Source: Bacteroidales bacterium (GTDB taxonomy: Bacteria; Bacteroidota; Bacteroidia; Bacteroidales; Dysgonomonadaceae). From it: a DNA stretch of 64,000 nt. The notes beneath the pieces are model-generated. The model saw only the letters and a program-made list of their open reading frames with translations. It was not told the origin of the DNA and searched no databases. Below, piece by piece: positions 7,899-18,531 of this stretch. Every line of letters starts with the position of its first letter. The stretch's first letter is position 1. Location: the NCBI GenBank assembly GCA_012838585.1, contig DUPB01000031.1, positions 1,017 through 65,016 on the forward strand, in the 5' to 3' direction. A program made the translations under genes and the position numbers.

Positions 7899-8432
7899 AT
7901 GTCGGAGCATCGCTTGATACAAGCCTGCAAGCAAGGAGAAATGTGGGCGAGGAAAGAGTTGTATGAAACATACGCTCCCTCCATGATGTCGTTGTGCAGG
8001 CGGTATATGTCGAACTACAACGATGCTCAGGACGTGTTACAAGAGGGCTTTTTGAAGATATTTACCGTAATCGGGCAATATTCAGGGAAAGGAGCGTTTG
8101 GGGCTTGGATCAGGAAGGTTTTTGTAAACACCGCCCTGGAACATATCCGAAAAAGGAGCCGCATGAACGAAAGAGAGCTGTTAAACGACTATCAGATGGA
8201 CTTTCAAGACGATTATCCCGATGTGGAGAAAGTGAGCGAGGATGACTTGGTACAATGCATTGCCGAATTGCCCGAGATGTATCGGACGATATTCAACCTA
8301 TTCGTGGTAGAAGGTTATAAGCACATGGAGATTGCCGAAATGCTCGATATTCCCGAAAGTACCTCACGCTCCTATTTTTTCAGGGCAAGAAAACTGTTGC
8401 AAGAGAAAGTTACCCGATTAATCAATGAATAA
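7899..8432 (+). CDS. ECF RNA polymerase sigma-70 factor
   Basis: Region 2 (DAQDVLQEGFLKIF, FGAWIRKVFVN) and region 4 (LPEMYRTIFNLFVVEGYKHMEIAEMLDIPESTSRS). Confidence 0.92.
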   Translation: MSEHRLIQACKQGEMWARKELYETYAPSMMSLCRRYMSNYNDAQDVLQEGFLKIFTVIGQYSGKGAFGAWIRKVFVNTALEHIRKRSRMNERELLNDYQMDFQDDYPDVEKVSEDDLVQCIAELPEMYRTIFNLFVVEGYKHMEIAEMLDIPESTSRSYFFRARKLLQEKVTRLINE

Positions 8433-9840
8433 AATGCAAGCTGACAACAGACATATCGATAGTCTTGACAACTTTTCGCGGAAAGTGGGCGAGAAGGTGA
8501 GAAATCACACCCAGCCGGTGGACGCTTCCGTGTGGGAGGGTGTTGAGAAGAGGCTTTCGGTGAAAAAACGTCCGCTTGTGCCGTGGCGATGGGTTGCAGC
8601 AAGTGTTGCCGCCGTGGCCATCGGGTTGATTTTCCTGTTAACCCCGTTTGATAAAGAACCCGCGGAACAGATAATCGTGAAAAGTACACGTGGTGTGAAA
8701 AATGCGCAGAGTGAACAGAGCGTGCAAGACGAACAAACCGCCACACCAAAACCTCAGAAGGATAAGAAAGAGGAAGCCAAGTCCCCTGTTACGAAAGAAA
8801 CTCACCAACCCCTTCTGGCAAGTACAAAACAAAGCATGGAAGAGCCGATGGCTACGCACCGTCGCGAAGAAAAACAAACCGAAACACCTCAAACGATTGA
8901 GCAACAAGACCTTGGAGTAGACAAATCATTCATCGAAAAACCAATAGAGAAAGAAGCGACAGAAGCGGCAAAGGTAGAAAGGGCAGAAAAGACAGAAAAA
9001 ATAGAAAGCACGGAAAAAGCAGAAAGTGCGGAAAGAACAGAAAGCACTGAAAAAAGAGTAAAAGCAGCTTCAACCGATTCCACTACAATAAAGAAACCGC
9101 GTGAAGATATAATATTGGCGGAAGTGTCAGGGACATCAGCGGATTATCCACGCTCCCGGAAACAATCGAAACCCTCTTTGCTGTTAGCTATCAGCGGTGC
9201 TTCGGTCGATGCGAACTTTGATTTCGCGGACAAAGAATACCTGTACGCCAACTCCAATATGGATCCCGATGAAAGCGCGAAAGATATGACCAGTTCTCCC
9301 AACCAATACGCCACGCTAACCCCTGCCGACTATTCTGAAGTGACACATTTGCCGCCTATCTCTTTCAGCATCATGGCCGGATTCCCCTTAAACAAAACGT
9401 GGAGCATTGAAACGGGACTGATGTACACCTACATGGTGTCGCACTTCTCAAAACCGGGAAACGTGGAATATAGCGGTAAACTCAAGCTGCACTACCTGGG
9501 AATTCCGGTAAGATTAAAAGCCAATGTATACCAAAGTAATCGATGGAGCATCTACCTGTCGGGAGGGGGTAGTGCAGAGAAAGGGCTGTCCTCACAATAT
9601 CGCCAGCAAATTCGCTACGCGGATGGTGCCATAAAACATACCCATGTGCGTTCGAAGATTGATGGCGTGCAGTTTTCTGTACAGGCTGCCACCGGGTTCG
9701 GTTACAAGATCAACAACAGCATTCAACTTTTCGGCGAGCCGCGCATCGTCTACTATTTCAATAACAATCAGCCGATGAGCGCCCGGACCGAAAGCCCTTT
9801 GACCGTCGGGTTAAACGGAGGAGTTAAAATCAATTTTTAA
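8425..9840 (+). CDS. Putative anti-sigma factor fused to an outer-membrane beta-barrel (PorT/OmpA-like)
   Basis: Short N-terminal domain (VWEGVEKRL), one TM helix (WVAASVAAVAIGLIFLL), long E/K/T-rich linker, amphipathic beta-strand C-terminus (SIETGLMY, HYLGIPVRLK) ending in Phe. Overlaps the sigma gene. Confidence 0.65.
   Translation: MNKMQADNRHIDSLDNFSRKVGEKVRNHTQPVDASVWEGVEKRLSVKKRPLVPWRWVAASVAAVAIGLIFLLTPFDKEPAEQIIVKSTRGVKNAQSEQSVQDEQTATPKPQKDKKEEAKSPVTKETHQPLLASTKQSMEEPMATHRREEKQTETPQTIEQQDLGVDKSFIEKPIEKEATEAAKVERAEKTEKIESTEKAESAERTESTEKRVKAASTDSTTIKKPREDIILAEVSGTSADYPRSRKQSKPSLLLAISGASVDANFDFADKEYLYANSNMDPDESAKDMTSSPNQYATLTPADYSEVTHLPPISFSIMAGFPLNKTWSIETGLMYTYMVSHFSKPGNVEYSGKLKLHYLGIPVRLKANVYQSNRWSIYLSGGGSAEKGLSSQYRQQIRYADGAIKHTHVRSKIDGVQFSVQAATGFGYKINNSIQLFGEPRIVYYFNNNQPMSARTESPLTVGLNGGVKINF
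8965..9054 (+). repeat. Ten imperfect 9-bp in-frame tandem repeats encoding (x-E-K/S/R)n
   Basis: gcggcaaag gtagaaagg gcagaaaag acagaaaaa atagaaagc acggaaaaa gcagaaagt gcggaaaga acagaaagc actgaaaaa. Confidence 0.75.
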
Positions 9841-9927
9841 AACAGACCAATATGAAACCGACATGTTTAAAATAATCATTAAACATCAAAGGTTCCATAC
9901 ACCGAAACAAAAAAATAAAATAATCGT

Positions 9928-11208
9928 ATGAAAAAGTCACATTTTCTATTTCTTGCACTTAGCGTGTTGATGCTCCCTGCCTGCGATCACGGCACGGAAG
10001 AGTACGTAACCTACATGACGAACGAGCCGATATTCATGTCGGCTACTGAATTCAGGAGTTCGGTGGATGTAGAAGCTCCTAAGCCCATTGAGGAACAGGG
10101 AAAAATCGCCTTTTACAACGATTACCTCTACATTTCGCAACCGGGCAAGGGTATTCACGTTATCGACAATCGCCAGCCGTCGAACCCACGCAACATCGCT
10201 TTTATCGAGCTGTTGGGAAATGCCGATATGCATATCCGGGACAACATGCTGTATGCCGACTCCTTTATCGACCTGGTGTGGTTCGATATCAGTGATCCAG
10301 CGGCTCCCGTTTTTAAGGGACGCAAAGAGGAGGTTTTCCCGGAGGCACTTCCACCCATTGAAAACAACTACGGATGTGATTACTCTCAGGCGATGGACAG
10401 GAAAAATGGCGTTGTCGTAGGTTGGAAAGTGGTGGAAAGGAAAGAGCTTGTTAGCAACTATAAATCCAGGTGGCATTGGGGTTGGGGTTGGAGCAAAGAG
10501 CTGATGTACACAGATGCGGCACCTTCTACCGGGAATGCTGGCGGTGCAGGAATGGTTGGCTCCATGTCGCGTTTCGCCATTTATAAAGATCATCTGTACA
10601 CCATTCTCCAGAACCGATTGGATATCTTCGACCTTTCGGGAGAGGAACCCGAAAAGGTGGGCAAGGAGATTTACGTGGGAAGCGATGCCGAAACCATTTT
10701 CCCATACAAAGATTACCTCTTTTTCGGAACGCCTACCGGGATGATCGTCTACTCGGTGGAGAATCCAACAGAGCCAGTATACATCTCGCGTGTCATCCAT
10801 ATTCTCGGGTGCGACCCGGTAGTAGTGGAAGATGACATCGCCTACGTGACCGTTCGCTCGGGCGACTTCTGCGGGCAGGATGTAGACATGCTGATGGTGA
10901 TTGACGTGAAAGATGTAAAGCACCCCAAACCGATCGTGGAATACGCGATGTATAACCCGAAGGGATTGGGCATTGATAACGGCACGCTGTTCGTTTGTGA
11001 CAAAGGGTTAAGGGTGTTCAACGCGAAAGATCCGCTCGCGCTGATGACTGAGGCTAATAAGTTGGCACATTTCCAAGAGATGGACGGGTTGGATGTGATT
11101 CCCTATAACAATGTGCTGATGATGATTGCCGATGACGGCATTTACCAGTACGATTATACCGATGTCACGAAGATAAAACTGTTGAGTGTATTACCGATAG
11201 GTAAATAA
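9928..11208 (+). CDS. LVIVD-repeat lipoprotein
   Basis: Lipobox MLPAC. Repeats such as IHVIDNRQPSNP, LVWFDISDPAAP, MIVYSVENPTEP, LMVIDVKDVKHP, plus GVGGSMSRF-like motif GMVGSMSRF. Confidence 0.75.
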   Translation: MKKSHFLFLALSVLMLPACDHGTEEYVTYMTNEPIFMSATEFRSSVDVEAPKPIEEQGKIAFYNDYLYISQPGKGIHVIDNRQPSNPRNIAFIELLGNADMHIRDNMLYADSFIDLVWFDISDPAAPVFKGRKEEVFPEALPPIENNYGCDYSQAMDRKNGVVVGWKVVERKELVSNYKSRWHWGWGWSKELMYTDAAPSTGNAGGAGMVGSMSRFAIYKDHLYTILQNRLDIFDLSGEEPEKVGKEIYVGSDAETIFPYKDYLFFGTPTGMIVYSVENPTEPVYISRVIHILGCDPVVVEDDIAYVTVRSGDFCGQDVDMLMVIDVKDVKHPKPIVEYAMYNPKGLGIDNGTLFVCDKGLRVFNAKDPLALMTEANKLAHFQEMDGLDVIPYNNVLMMIADDGIYQYDYTDVTKIKLLSVLPIGK

Positions 11209-11273
11209 ATTTCCTGTTTCGCTCGATGGTCTGCCGCCGAACCCGAACAAGTTTGGCGGCAGTTTTTTCATCC

Positions 11274-13577
11274 CTAGAACGGGTATCCAATAGCGAAGTG
11301 AAGCGCGAAATCCCGCTTCAGGTTCGGCTTGAAGAGTGTCCAGCGCTCCCCTTCGGGAAGCGCCGGGTTGTGTGCCTTCATCCCCCCGTCAAGGCGCAGG
11401 ATCAAGAAGTTGAGGTCTAACCTCAAGCCCACGCCATACGACACCGCCAGCTCCTTGTAGAAACGATCCCACCTGAACATACCGCCGGGCTGCTCCTCGT
11501 AATCTTTTATGGTCCAGATGTTGCCCGCGTCAATGAAACCCGCCAACTCGAATAGCGAAGTCATCTTGCGCCGGAATTCCAGGCTAAGGTCAAGCTTCAC
11601 ATCCCCTATCCTATGCCCGAAATCGGAGCCGAGGGAGTCGCGGCTGTAGGTGCCCGGCCCCAGGCTGCGGGTGCTCCATCCCCTCACGCTGTTGGCACCA
11701 CCCCCAAAGTAGCGCTTCTCAAACGGCAATACGATAGCGTTGCCATAGGGATAAGCCACGCCAACGGCCACTCGGGCAGCCAACGTGTTCTTGTAATCGA
11801 ACACGTACATGGGGGCAAAGTCGAAGTCGCCTTTAACGTATTCCGAGTAGGGTATCTTGAAAAAGGTCTTCCTGCCATTCTCCCGTTCTCCCGCCCCGAA
11901 GCTGGTGGCCAAGCGGGGAAGCCACCCTGCTACCTCAACGCCCGCGCGAATACGAAACGGAACAGCAGGCATGCTCCGCCTGGCGATACGGCTGTAATTG
12001 GTGAAAGTGGCATGGTAGGCCGATCGAACGATAAGCTGCTCGTCGTAGCTGTACCGCAAGATGGGGTTGACCTCCTCGTTCATATAGAGGGAGTCGAACT
12101 GGGCGGAGGTACGGGGCATCCGCACGTAGGTAATCCCCACCGGTTCCAGCACGTGCTGCAACTTCCAGTCGAACGACGACCATTGAAAACGACTCGACAG
12201 GTTGAAGAACTGTCGCAGGTACTCCGGGCGATTCTGATAGTTGATGCCGGCGGTAAAATCGGTTGAGGCTGAGGGCTGATCGCGCAGACGATCCAGCCTC
12301 CAGGGTAACAGCAGCTGTGGAACGGAGAGGAACACCTCCGCACCATACTCGTAGTAGCTGTCGTCTAGCAGATTCAAGCTGTCTGACGAGCCGATAAACT
12401 CGTATGCCCCGTTCAAACGGACACGAAATGTCTCTCCCCCCTTGAAAAAGTTCCGGTGCTCGTACGACACGTTGCTGGCAATCCCCAAATCGCCTGCCGA
12501 GTTAGTACCATCCACCCCGAACTGCATGTAGTGCATGTTGCCCGGGAAAAGGGTAACCCGCGCATCAAGGTAATTGCTATCGTTACGAACCACTGGCGTC
12601 AAACGGATGGCCGTCTGGCTAATGGGTCCCATGCCGTTCAGCGATGCGTAGCTCCGCTCGACCAGCCGGTCAGAATAAAGCCTCCCCGGGCGGATGAAGG
12701 TGTTGTAGTAGATGGTCTTCGGCAGCAGGAAACGATCCCGTTGAGACACGATCTGAACGCCCTTGTAGTAGGTCGTGTCTAACTGGGAGTGACGCGTTGA
12801 ATCGCTCAAGATGGCATCATCCACACCATTAACAACCAGCACATTTCCAATATTGTACCGCTTATAGGCCAAGCCATCGTCAGGGCTATTGAGCGACAAC
12901 GTGACATCCACCTGGTGATCGCCGACCGTGGTATCGGCCAGAAAGTAAAAATGGTCTTTCATGAAATTATAATACCCCCTGTTCTTCAGGAAAGTGGTCA
13001 TGTTTTCCCGGCCATCATCCAGCACCGAGAGGTCAAACAGGTCCCCCTCTTTTACCAGTTGAAGTTGGCCACCATCGCTCAGTAGGCCATGCACCGTGGT
13101 ATCCACGGAATGGATGGTTTCAGAAAAGGTGCGAACACGATACGGTTCGTTTCCGGTGACGTTAAAGGTCACATGCGCCCTCCTGCCCTCTTTTACCACC
13201 AGGGTATCCACACGCGCGTTCAGGTACCCCTTGTTATTGAGGTGCAGCCGAATCTGTTCGGCCGAGATCACGGCAAGCTGCTCGTTATAGAGCACCGGGG
13301 GATTCCCATGCTTGAGCAGCTGACGATTCAACCAGGTAGAGTCGTTATCAGGGAGATTGTACATATGCAACTTCCATTTGCCAAATAGGGGGATAGAGGC
13401 GTTGGGACGTTGACGAAGGTAGGGAATCAGTTCCGGCTCTCCCATGCCGCGTACGTCTGAACGGATATCCACCTTATTGAGGAGGTAGCTCTGTTCAGGC
13501 ACCTTCTTGGTGGCATCACAACCCACCAGCAGAAGCAGCCCCAACAACAGGTATGTATACTCCCTTCTACGCATCAT
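11274..13577 (-). CDS. tamL: Omp85/BamA-family outer membrane lipoprotein TamL
   Basis: Lipobox LLVGC, POTRA-like N-terminus, Omp85 motifs FGGGANSVRGW and SYGVGLRLD, C-terminal FAIGYPF; coupled to tamB. Confidence 0.8.
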   Translation of the reverse strand: MMRRREYTYLLLGLLLLVGCDATKKVPEQSYLLNKVDIRSDVRGMGEPELIPYLRQRPNASIPLFGKWKLHMYNLPDNDSTWLNRQLLKHGNPPVLYNEQLAVISAEQIRLHLNNKGYLNARVDTLVVKEGRRAHVTFNVTGNEPYRVRTFSETIHSVDTTVHGLLSDGGQLQLVKEGDLFDLSVLDDGRENMTTFLKNRGYYNFMKDHFYFLADTTVGDHQVDVTLSLNSPDDGLAYKRYNIGNVLVVNGVDDAILSDSTRHSQLDTTYYKGVQIVSQRDRFLLPKTIYYNTFIRPGRLYSDRLVERSYASLNGMGPISQTAIRLTPVVRNDSNYLDARVTLFPGNMHYMQFGVDGTNSAGDLGIASNVSYEHRNFFKGGETFRVRLNGAYEFIGSSDSLNLLDDSYYEYGAEVFLSVPQLLLPWRLDRLRDQPSASTDFTAGINYQNRPEYLRQFFNLSSRFQWSSFDWKLQHVLEPVGITYVRMPRTSAQFDSLYMNEEVNPILRYSYDEQLIVRSAYHATFTNYSRIARRSMPAVPFRIRAGVEVAGWLPRLATSFGAGERENGRKTFFKIPYSEYVKGDFDFAPMYVFDYKNTLAARVAVGVAYPYGNAIVLPFEKRYFGGGANSVRGWSTRSLGPGTYSRDSLGSDFGHRIGDVKLDLSLEFRRKMTSLFELAGFIDAGNIWTIKDYEEQPGGMFRWDRFYKELAVSYGVGLRLDLNFLILRLDGGMKAHNPALPEGERWTLFKPNLKRDFALHFAIGYPF

Positions 13578-16500
13578 TTCTCCTCTTTAGGCTTGCTATA
13601 CCTGAAATCGAAAAGGTTCCTGATCGATTGCCCCTCCTTGGTGACCACGAAACCGACACCCTGCGTGACGGGGGCACGGCTGGAAAACCGCTCGTTGGCA
13701 CGATTAAACGCTCTAAGCATAAACCAGTTGTTTATGTCGTACTCCAACTCGAACTCGCCCATGAACGCTTGCTGGCTAGCCAACATGCTTTTATCCCCGT
13801 AACTCAGGTTGGTCGATAGGCGCAGGCGGTTATTCAACAGGCGGGTAGAGACATCCACCCCCATCCTGGCGTTATCAAGGGAGCCATCCAGCGTCTGCAA
13901 ATTCGTGCTGACCGTCCAGTTATCCCTCAAGGCGCTGGCGAACAGGGCATCCAAGCCCCTGGAGAGGTAATTCGCGGCGAAGTTGGTGAACATCGACGAG
14001 CCGAAGGCAACATCCGGCGACCCTTCGGCAGGGATAAAACTCCCGGTGGTGGCCAAGTAGGCGAACTGCAATATCTTGGTCTCCTCGGTGTTGATGAAGC
14101 TTTTGACCCGCTGCTGAATATCACTGGAGCTCTCGGGAAGCTCGATGTCGTACTTGAGATCCATCGCCTCCAGGTTGCCGTTAATCCGCAGCAACGCGTT
14201 CACCGGGACACGCGTATTTTTCAATTCCTGTGCGAAAGTGGGGCTAAGTGCCGACAAATCGGTTCGCACTGGCAGGAAGGCTGTAATATCGAAACGGGTA
14301 TTAAGGGGGTGACCAGCCATAGTCAGCCGGCTACCTTCACGTATAGAAAAGTCGATAGAGCGCAAATTCTGCAGGTTATAGTGAAATTTACCCTCATTGA
14401 TCACGTAATCACCGTAAAGCCTTACCTGGGGCGTTGCTTTGGAGTTGTAATTGATGCTCAACTCCCCTTCGCCGTTTATCTCCAAGGCGTTGCCTGAGGT
14501 CGGATCCAAAATGACCCCGGCAGTGAGCTGGGGGGTCAGGTCGACCGTGGCCCGCATCACAACAGGCAACCCCGAAGCGGTAGAGGCGTTAATCTGACTG
14601 GAGAGCTCACGACCTCTACGGAGGAAACTCAATGAGTCCTCCGATGGGGTATTGATGTAGACAATCCCGGTATACTCGATGGCCTTGGCAGTTTGCGGCA
14701 ACACCACCGTAACGTCTGACTGCCTCCTGGTGTACAGCCTACCATCACCAAAGATACCCGAGGAGGAGCCCGCGATGCTGACATTACCCGACAGGCAGAG
14801 GTTGCCGTACACCATCAGGTCGGTACGGTTCTTATTGTTCAACAGCATGAAGTCATCAAGGCGAACGTTGGCCGTGAAGGCCATCCCCCCGAAGTTGACG
14901 TGCGAAAGTTGTAAATCCAAGGTGGCCGCTCGGTTATTCTGATCGCGAATTACCAGGTTGGTCAGTCCCACGTTGTCCTTGCCCACCCTGATAGTGTCCG
15001 ACAGGTAATAGGTAACGTTGGTATAGGCGACCTTCAGTTCACCATCCTCGATTCCCAACCACCCCTGGGTGAGCGGCTCTGAAAGCTTGCCGCCTATATG
15101 GAGACGCGAATTCAACCGTCCCTTCAACTCACTGAAAATCGTGGTGGCCAACGGCTGAATGGTACGAAGCTCAAAGTTATCAATCGAAAGGGCAACGTCC
15201 AAAGGTAAGGGACTGGCTTCGCCCGTGGGAACGTATCCCTTGATCTCGAGGCTCTTCTCTTGGCCATTCTCCAGGTAGGCGTTCAAGTTAAGCCCAGAGC
15301 GGAGCTGGTCCCAGTCCCCTTCGATTCGTAACGTACCAATCGTATCGTTGTTCAGGGCGATATGCTCTACGCGCAGCGCTTCGGTATGGATCATGGGGGT
15401 CTCCAGGGCCTGCTGGACGAAAACCTCACCCTTAAGGGAACCGGAGATGTTAGTCACGTCAAAAGCAGCCAAAATAGAGCCCATCTCCGTGTTATTGAAG
15501 TAGAGCCGGATATTGTCCTCCTCTCTTTTCGAGGCCACCCCTTCCAGCCCAAACAGCAACATCTCGCCTTGTCGAACACCGAAGTTCCTAACGGTTATCG
15601 AATCTTTTCGGTATTCAATAGCGGCCTTGTTAATCGTAACATCCCGCCCGTTAAACTGCGCGGAGGTAGGATGCACCCGGAGATCAATGCCCAGCTGATC
15701 GTTCCAATCCCTTAAGAAGTCCATAGCGATGAGCAGGTTCCCGTTCGACTTCGTGTTTACCTGATTCAAATCGTACTCAAAGTGGTTCACCAGCGAATCA
15801 CCCGCGGCAGTGCTACGAAGACGGGCATTGAGGTACCCCTTATCCTGCACCAGGTAGCTGCTCATCGCGAGCTTGATGCCTTTCTGTCTGCTCTCAAGTT
15901 CCAGCCAGGTCTCCCTTACGTCGCTGTTGCCAAAGATTATCTGGGGGATATGTGCATCTAGACGCAACGGTCGGCTATTGTTCAGATTAATGACCTCCGC
16001 AATGGTCGCCGGCTGCTTTAGCCATTCGCTAATCGTCCTGCCGGTCCGGTTTCTCAGATCAATACTCCCGGAAATAGTTGCCGGCTCCACATTGTAGAAA
16101 GGAAGGGAGAAGACGTGAGAGATATCTTCTGTGTTTTTTATGAGGAAATTAAAGGTGAAATTATTTTTGGCCGGGGAATCCTTATCCGTTGACAATGGTT
16201 GGTTCACTGTATGCAGGGGAACAGTTACTGCACCCTCCACTATCTCCTCCTCCTCTTTTATCACGGAGGGCAGGTAAAGCTGCAGCTCCTTGGCCAACTC
16301 CCTGCCAATCGTGGAAAAGTAGTAGTCTCCCATGATCTCCCCGTCGAGGATAGAGGATGCGATCTCTATCTTTTTACCCTTCTTCGGGTCGACTGATGCT
16401 TGTAGGTAAATGGGTCCCGGGTTGTAGTAAAAGCTACTATCCATGAGCGATGTCTGGTCCATCACGAGGGAGCCGGTCAAATCGTCAAACGTCGTACCGA

Positions 16501-18214
16501 TGAAGTGGGCGTTCAGGCGGGTAGCGAAAGTAGGCATCTTCCACCCCTCCATCATAAGGAAGGGCCTCAAATCCAGCCGATCAATCACACCGTCCAACTG
16601 GATTTCCTTCTCCTCGCCGAAGGAGAAGCCGGCCGCCAGCTCCAGTTTGTTCAATTCGCCGTCGGCAGTCACGGTGGCGGCGACGGTCGTACCAGAGTAA
16701 ACTCCGTCAAAAAGCAGATCCCGGTAGGGGAACCCCTTGTAGGTGGTCGACTTGATATTCCCGTTGGCCTCGACCGTCACCCCTTCACCTTGCACGATGG
16801 AGACGGTGGCGTCGGTAGCGAGCGTGGTAATACCCACACCGGCTTTCTCACCGATAATATCGGCCACGGAGATATTATTCACGCGAACTGGCCCACCATA
16901 AACGAGGTGCTTGAACCGGTTGGTCATCTTCCCTATCCCGTTCAACAATACCTCCCCCCGCTCCGTATCGATCACGATATCGTAACGAAACAGCGGTATC
17001 TTACCCACCGCGGTCAACCGCAAGTCCAAGTTACCCAACGCGGTTAGTTGAGGGGGCGAAGTGTAAGCAGGAGCCCAAATGCGGATAAGTGCTTCCAGAT
17101 GCTCCTGCGTTATGGCGAGACGGTGAATCCGCAGGTTCAGGTCACTTGTCGCGTAGCTAAGGCAGTCAGCCATCTCCGCCGAAAGAACAAAGCGGGTAAA
17201 GGGACCATACTTGAAATCCAGGTGCTTTACCGTGGCTAAGGGCCATGCACCCTCCGCTTCTAACTCGAACGACATCGGCTGATCGAGATGATTCAGTTTG
17301 GCGGCGAAAATAGCGGCGTCATCAGGCTCCAACCGGTCGCTCTTCAAGGTAGCCGCGAACTCTTTCGACTCCCTGTCAAAATGGGCATCCCTCACTTTGA
17401 GATCAGAGTTATTAAAGACCAAATTAAGCCACTCGCACTTCAATCGGCTGCCGACCGACCTGAATAACAACGCGAGGTTTTCTAATTGCAACCCCGAGTG
17501 ATCCTCCCGAAAAGACAACCGCTTGACCTCAACCGTCATCTTATCCATACCTTGAAAGTCGACGTTCGCCCGCAGGTCAAATTCCCTAGCATCAATATGG
17601 TTCGGCGAAAACACACCGGGGGTAACAGGAGCGGAAAGGACGTGGTATCTCAACGAGCCATTCCTAAAGTGAATAGCTCCGGAGGTGATGCGCCACGGAT
17701 TTTTTCGCTTTTTCACCCCCTTGATATCGGTTTCAGGCTTATCTTCCGTTATTCCCCCCCCTTCACCACCATCCCTATCAGCACCCTTTCCCTCGTCCGT
17801 CTCCTCTTTATCGCCCGCGAACGAGTCGATGATAAACTGAAAGTTAAACGGCTCGTCTGGTGAGAGTCGATAGACCTTGGCCACGAAATCCTCCAGGATT
17901 AACTGCTCGACCATTACCCTACGGCTCAAGAGATCAACTGGCACGATTCGAACAGTGAGGCGACCAGTATACAAAAGGGTATCTTGCTGTTGGTCTTCCA
18001 CGTATAGCCCATTCAGGTCCACCTTGTTGAAAAAGCGAACCCGAACACCATCCAGAGAGAGCCGGCTGTTTATCTTGGGCTGTACCTTCTCCAACGCGAA
18101 GCGAGCCGCCCGTCGTTGAACGGAAGGTATACTGAAAAGGAGGAACAATATCACGTTCAATGATATAATTCCAACGATCACGTAAGCAAATATACGGGCG
18201 ACTTTTGAAGCCAA
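13574..18214 (-). CDS. tamB: TamB/AsmA-like translocation and assembly module protein (DUF490)
   Basis: 1546 aa, N-terminal TM anchor, beta-taco-like repeats, C-terminal DUF490-like region (GEFELEYDI..QGVGF). TTG start; 4-bp overlap with tamL. Confidence 0.8.
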   Translation of the reverse strand: MASKVARIFAYVIVGIISLNVILFLLFSIPSVQRRAARFALEKVQPKINSRLSLDGVRVRFFNKVDLNGLYVEDQQQDTLLYTGRLTVRIVPVDLLSRRVMVEQLILEDFVAKVYRLSPDEPFNFQFIIDSFAGDKEETDEGKGADRDGGEGGGITEDKPETDIKGVKKRKNPWRITSGAIHFRNGSLRYHVLSAPVTPGVFSPNHIDAREFDLRANVDFQGMDKMTVEVKRLSFREDHSGLQLENLALLFRSVGSRLKCEWLNLVFNNSDLKVRDAHFDRESKEFAATLKSDRLEPDDAAIFAAKLNHLDQPMSFELEAEGAWPLATVKHLDFKYGPFTRFVLSAEMADCLSYATSDLNLRIHRLAITQEHLEALIRIWAPAYTSPPQLTALGNLDLRLTAVGKIPLFRYDIVIDTERGEVLLNGIGKMTNRFKHLVYGGPVRVNNISVADIIGEKAGVGITTLATDATVSIVQGEGVTVEANGNIKSTTYKGFPYRDLLFDGVYSGTTVAATVTADGELNKLELAAGFSFGEEKEIQLDGVIDRLDLRPFLMMEGWKMPTFATRLNAHFIGTTFDDLTGSLVMDQTSLMDSSFYYNPGPIYLQASVDPKKGKKIEIASSILDGEIMGDYYFSTIGRELAKELQLYLPSVIKEEEEIVEGAVTVPLHTVNQPLSTDKDSPAKNNFTFNFLIKNTEDISHVFSLPFYNVEPATISGSIDLRNRTGRTISEWLKQPATIAEVINLNNSRPLRLDAHIPQIIFGNSDVRETWLELESRQKGIKLAMSSYLVQDKGYLNARLRSTAAGDSLVNHFEYDLNQVNTKSNGNLLIAMDFLRDWNDQLGIDLRVHPTSAQFNGRDVTINKAAIEYRKDSITVRNFGVRQGEMLLFGLEGVASKREEDNIRLYFNNTEMGSILAAFDVTNISGSLKGEVFVQQALETPMIHTEALRVEHIALNNDTIGTLRIEGDWDQLRSGLNLNAYLENGQEKSLEIKGYVPTGEASPLPLDVALSIDNFELRTIQPLATTIFSELKGRLNSRLHIGGKLSEPLTQGWLGIEDGELKVAYTNVTYYLSDTIRVGKDNVGLTNLVIRDQNNRAATLDLQLSHVNFGGMAFTANVRLDDFMLLNNKNRTDLMVYGNLCLSGNVSIAGSSSGIFGDGRLYTRRQSDVTVVLPQTAKAIEYTGIVYINTPSEDSLSFLRRGRELSSQINASTASGLPVVMRATVDLTPQLTAGVILDPTSGNALEINGEGELSINYNSKATPQVRLYGDYVINEGKFHYNLQNLRSIDFSIREGSRLTMAGHPLNTRFDITAFLPVRTDLSALSPTFAQELKNTRVPVNALLRINGNLEAMDLKYDIELPESSSDIQQRVKSFINTEETKILQFAYLATTGSFIPAEGSPDVAFGSSMFTNFAANYLSRGLDALFASALRDNWTVSTNLQTLDGSLDNARMGVDVSTRLLNNRLRLSTNLSYGDKSMLASQQAFMGEFELEYDINNWFMLRAFNRANERFSSRAPVTQGVGFVVTKEGQSIRNLFDFRYSKPKEEK

Positions 18215-18531
18215 ATCAGTTCGGGCGAATTTAGTGAAGCAACTTGCCTATTACATCCACCTTCATGAGAACTTTCAAAGTCAATACTATGGTAACTCCT
18301 GGCTCATGTTGATCCCTGCACCGTCACCAGTTGTTTACACATCAATACGGAACGAAAAACCCACACGAAAGTAGAATGACAAACACTCCTGTTTTTAGTT
18401 ATGCAATGATACTAAAAAAAGGCGGATATAGCCACGGAACAGGCTTTAATTTTAGCAAAAACGGTTTATTTGGGATTTTTCTACAATAGAGAGTTGCCGT
18501 ACTCCTTGACGGCGGGGGAGCAGATCTTCCA

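Noticed and set aside
9946-10923. 325-aa antisense ORF
   Set aside because: Shadow of the LVIVD lipoprotein on the opposite strand, with no recognisable motifs. The same applies to the other long antisense ORFs, such as 11613-12266, 46156-47064, 50800-51729 and 55379-55975.
18215-18531. Riboswitch or ncRNA in the 316-bp queA-tamB gap
   Set aside because: Only short weak stems and promoter-like boxes; no recognisable aptamer consensus.
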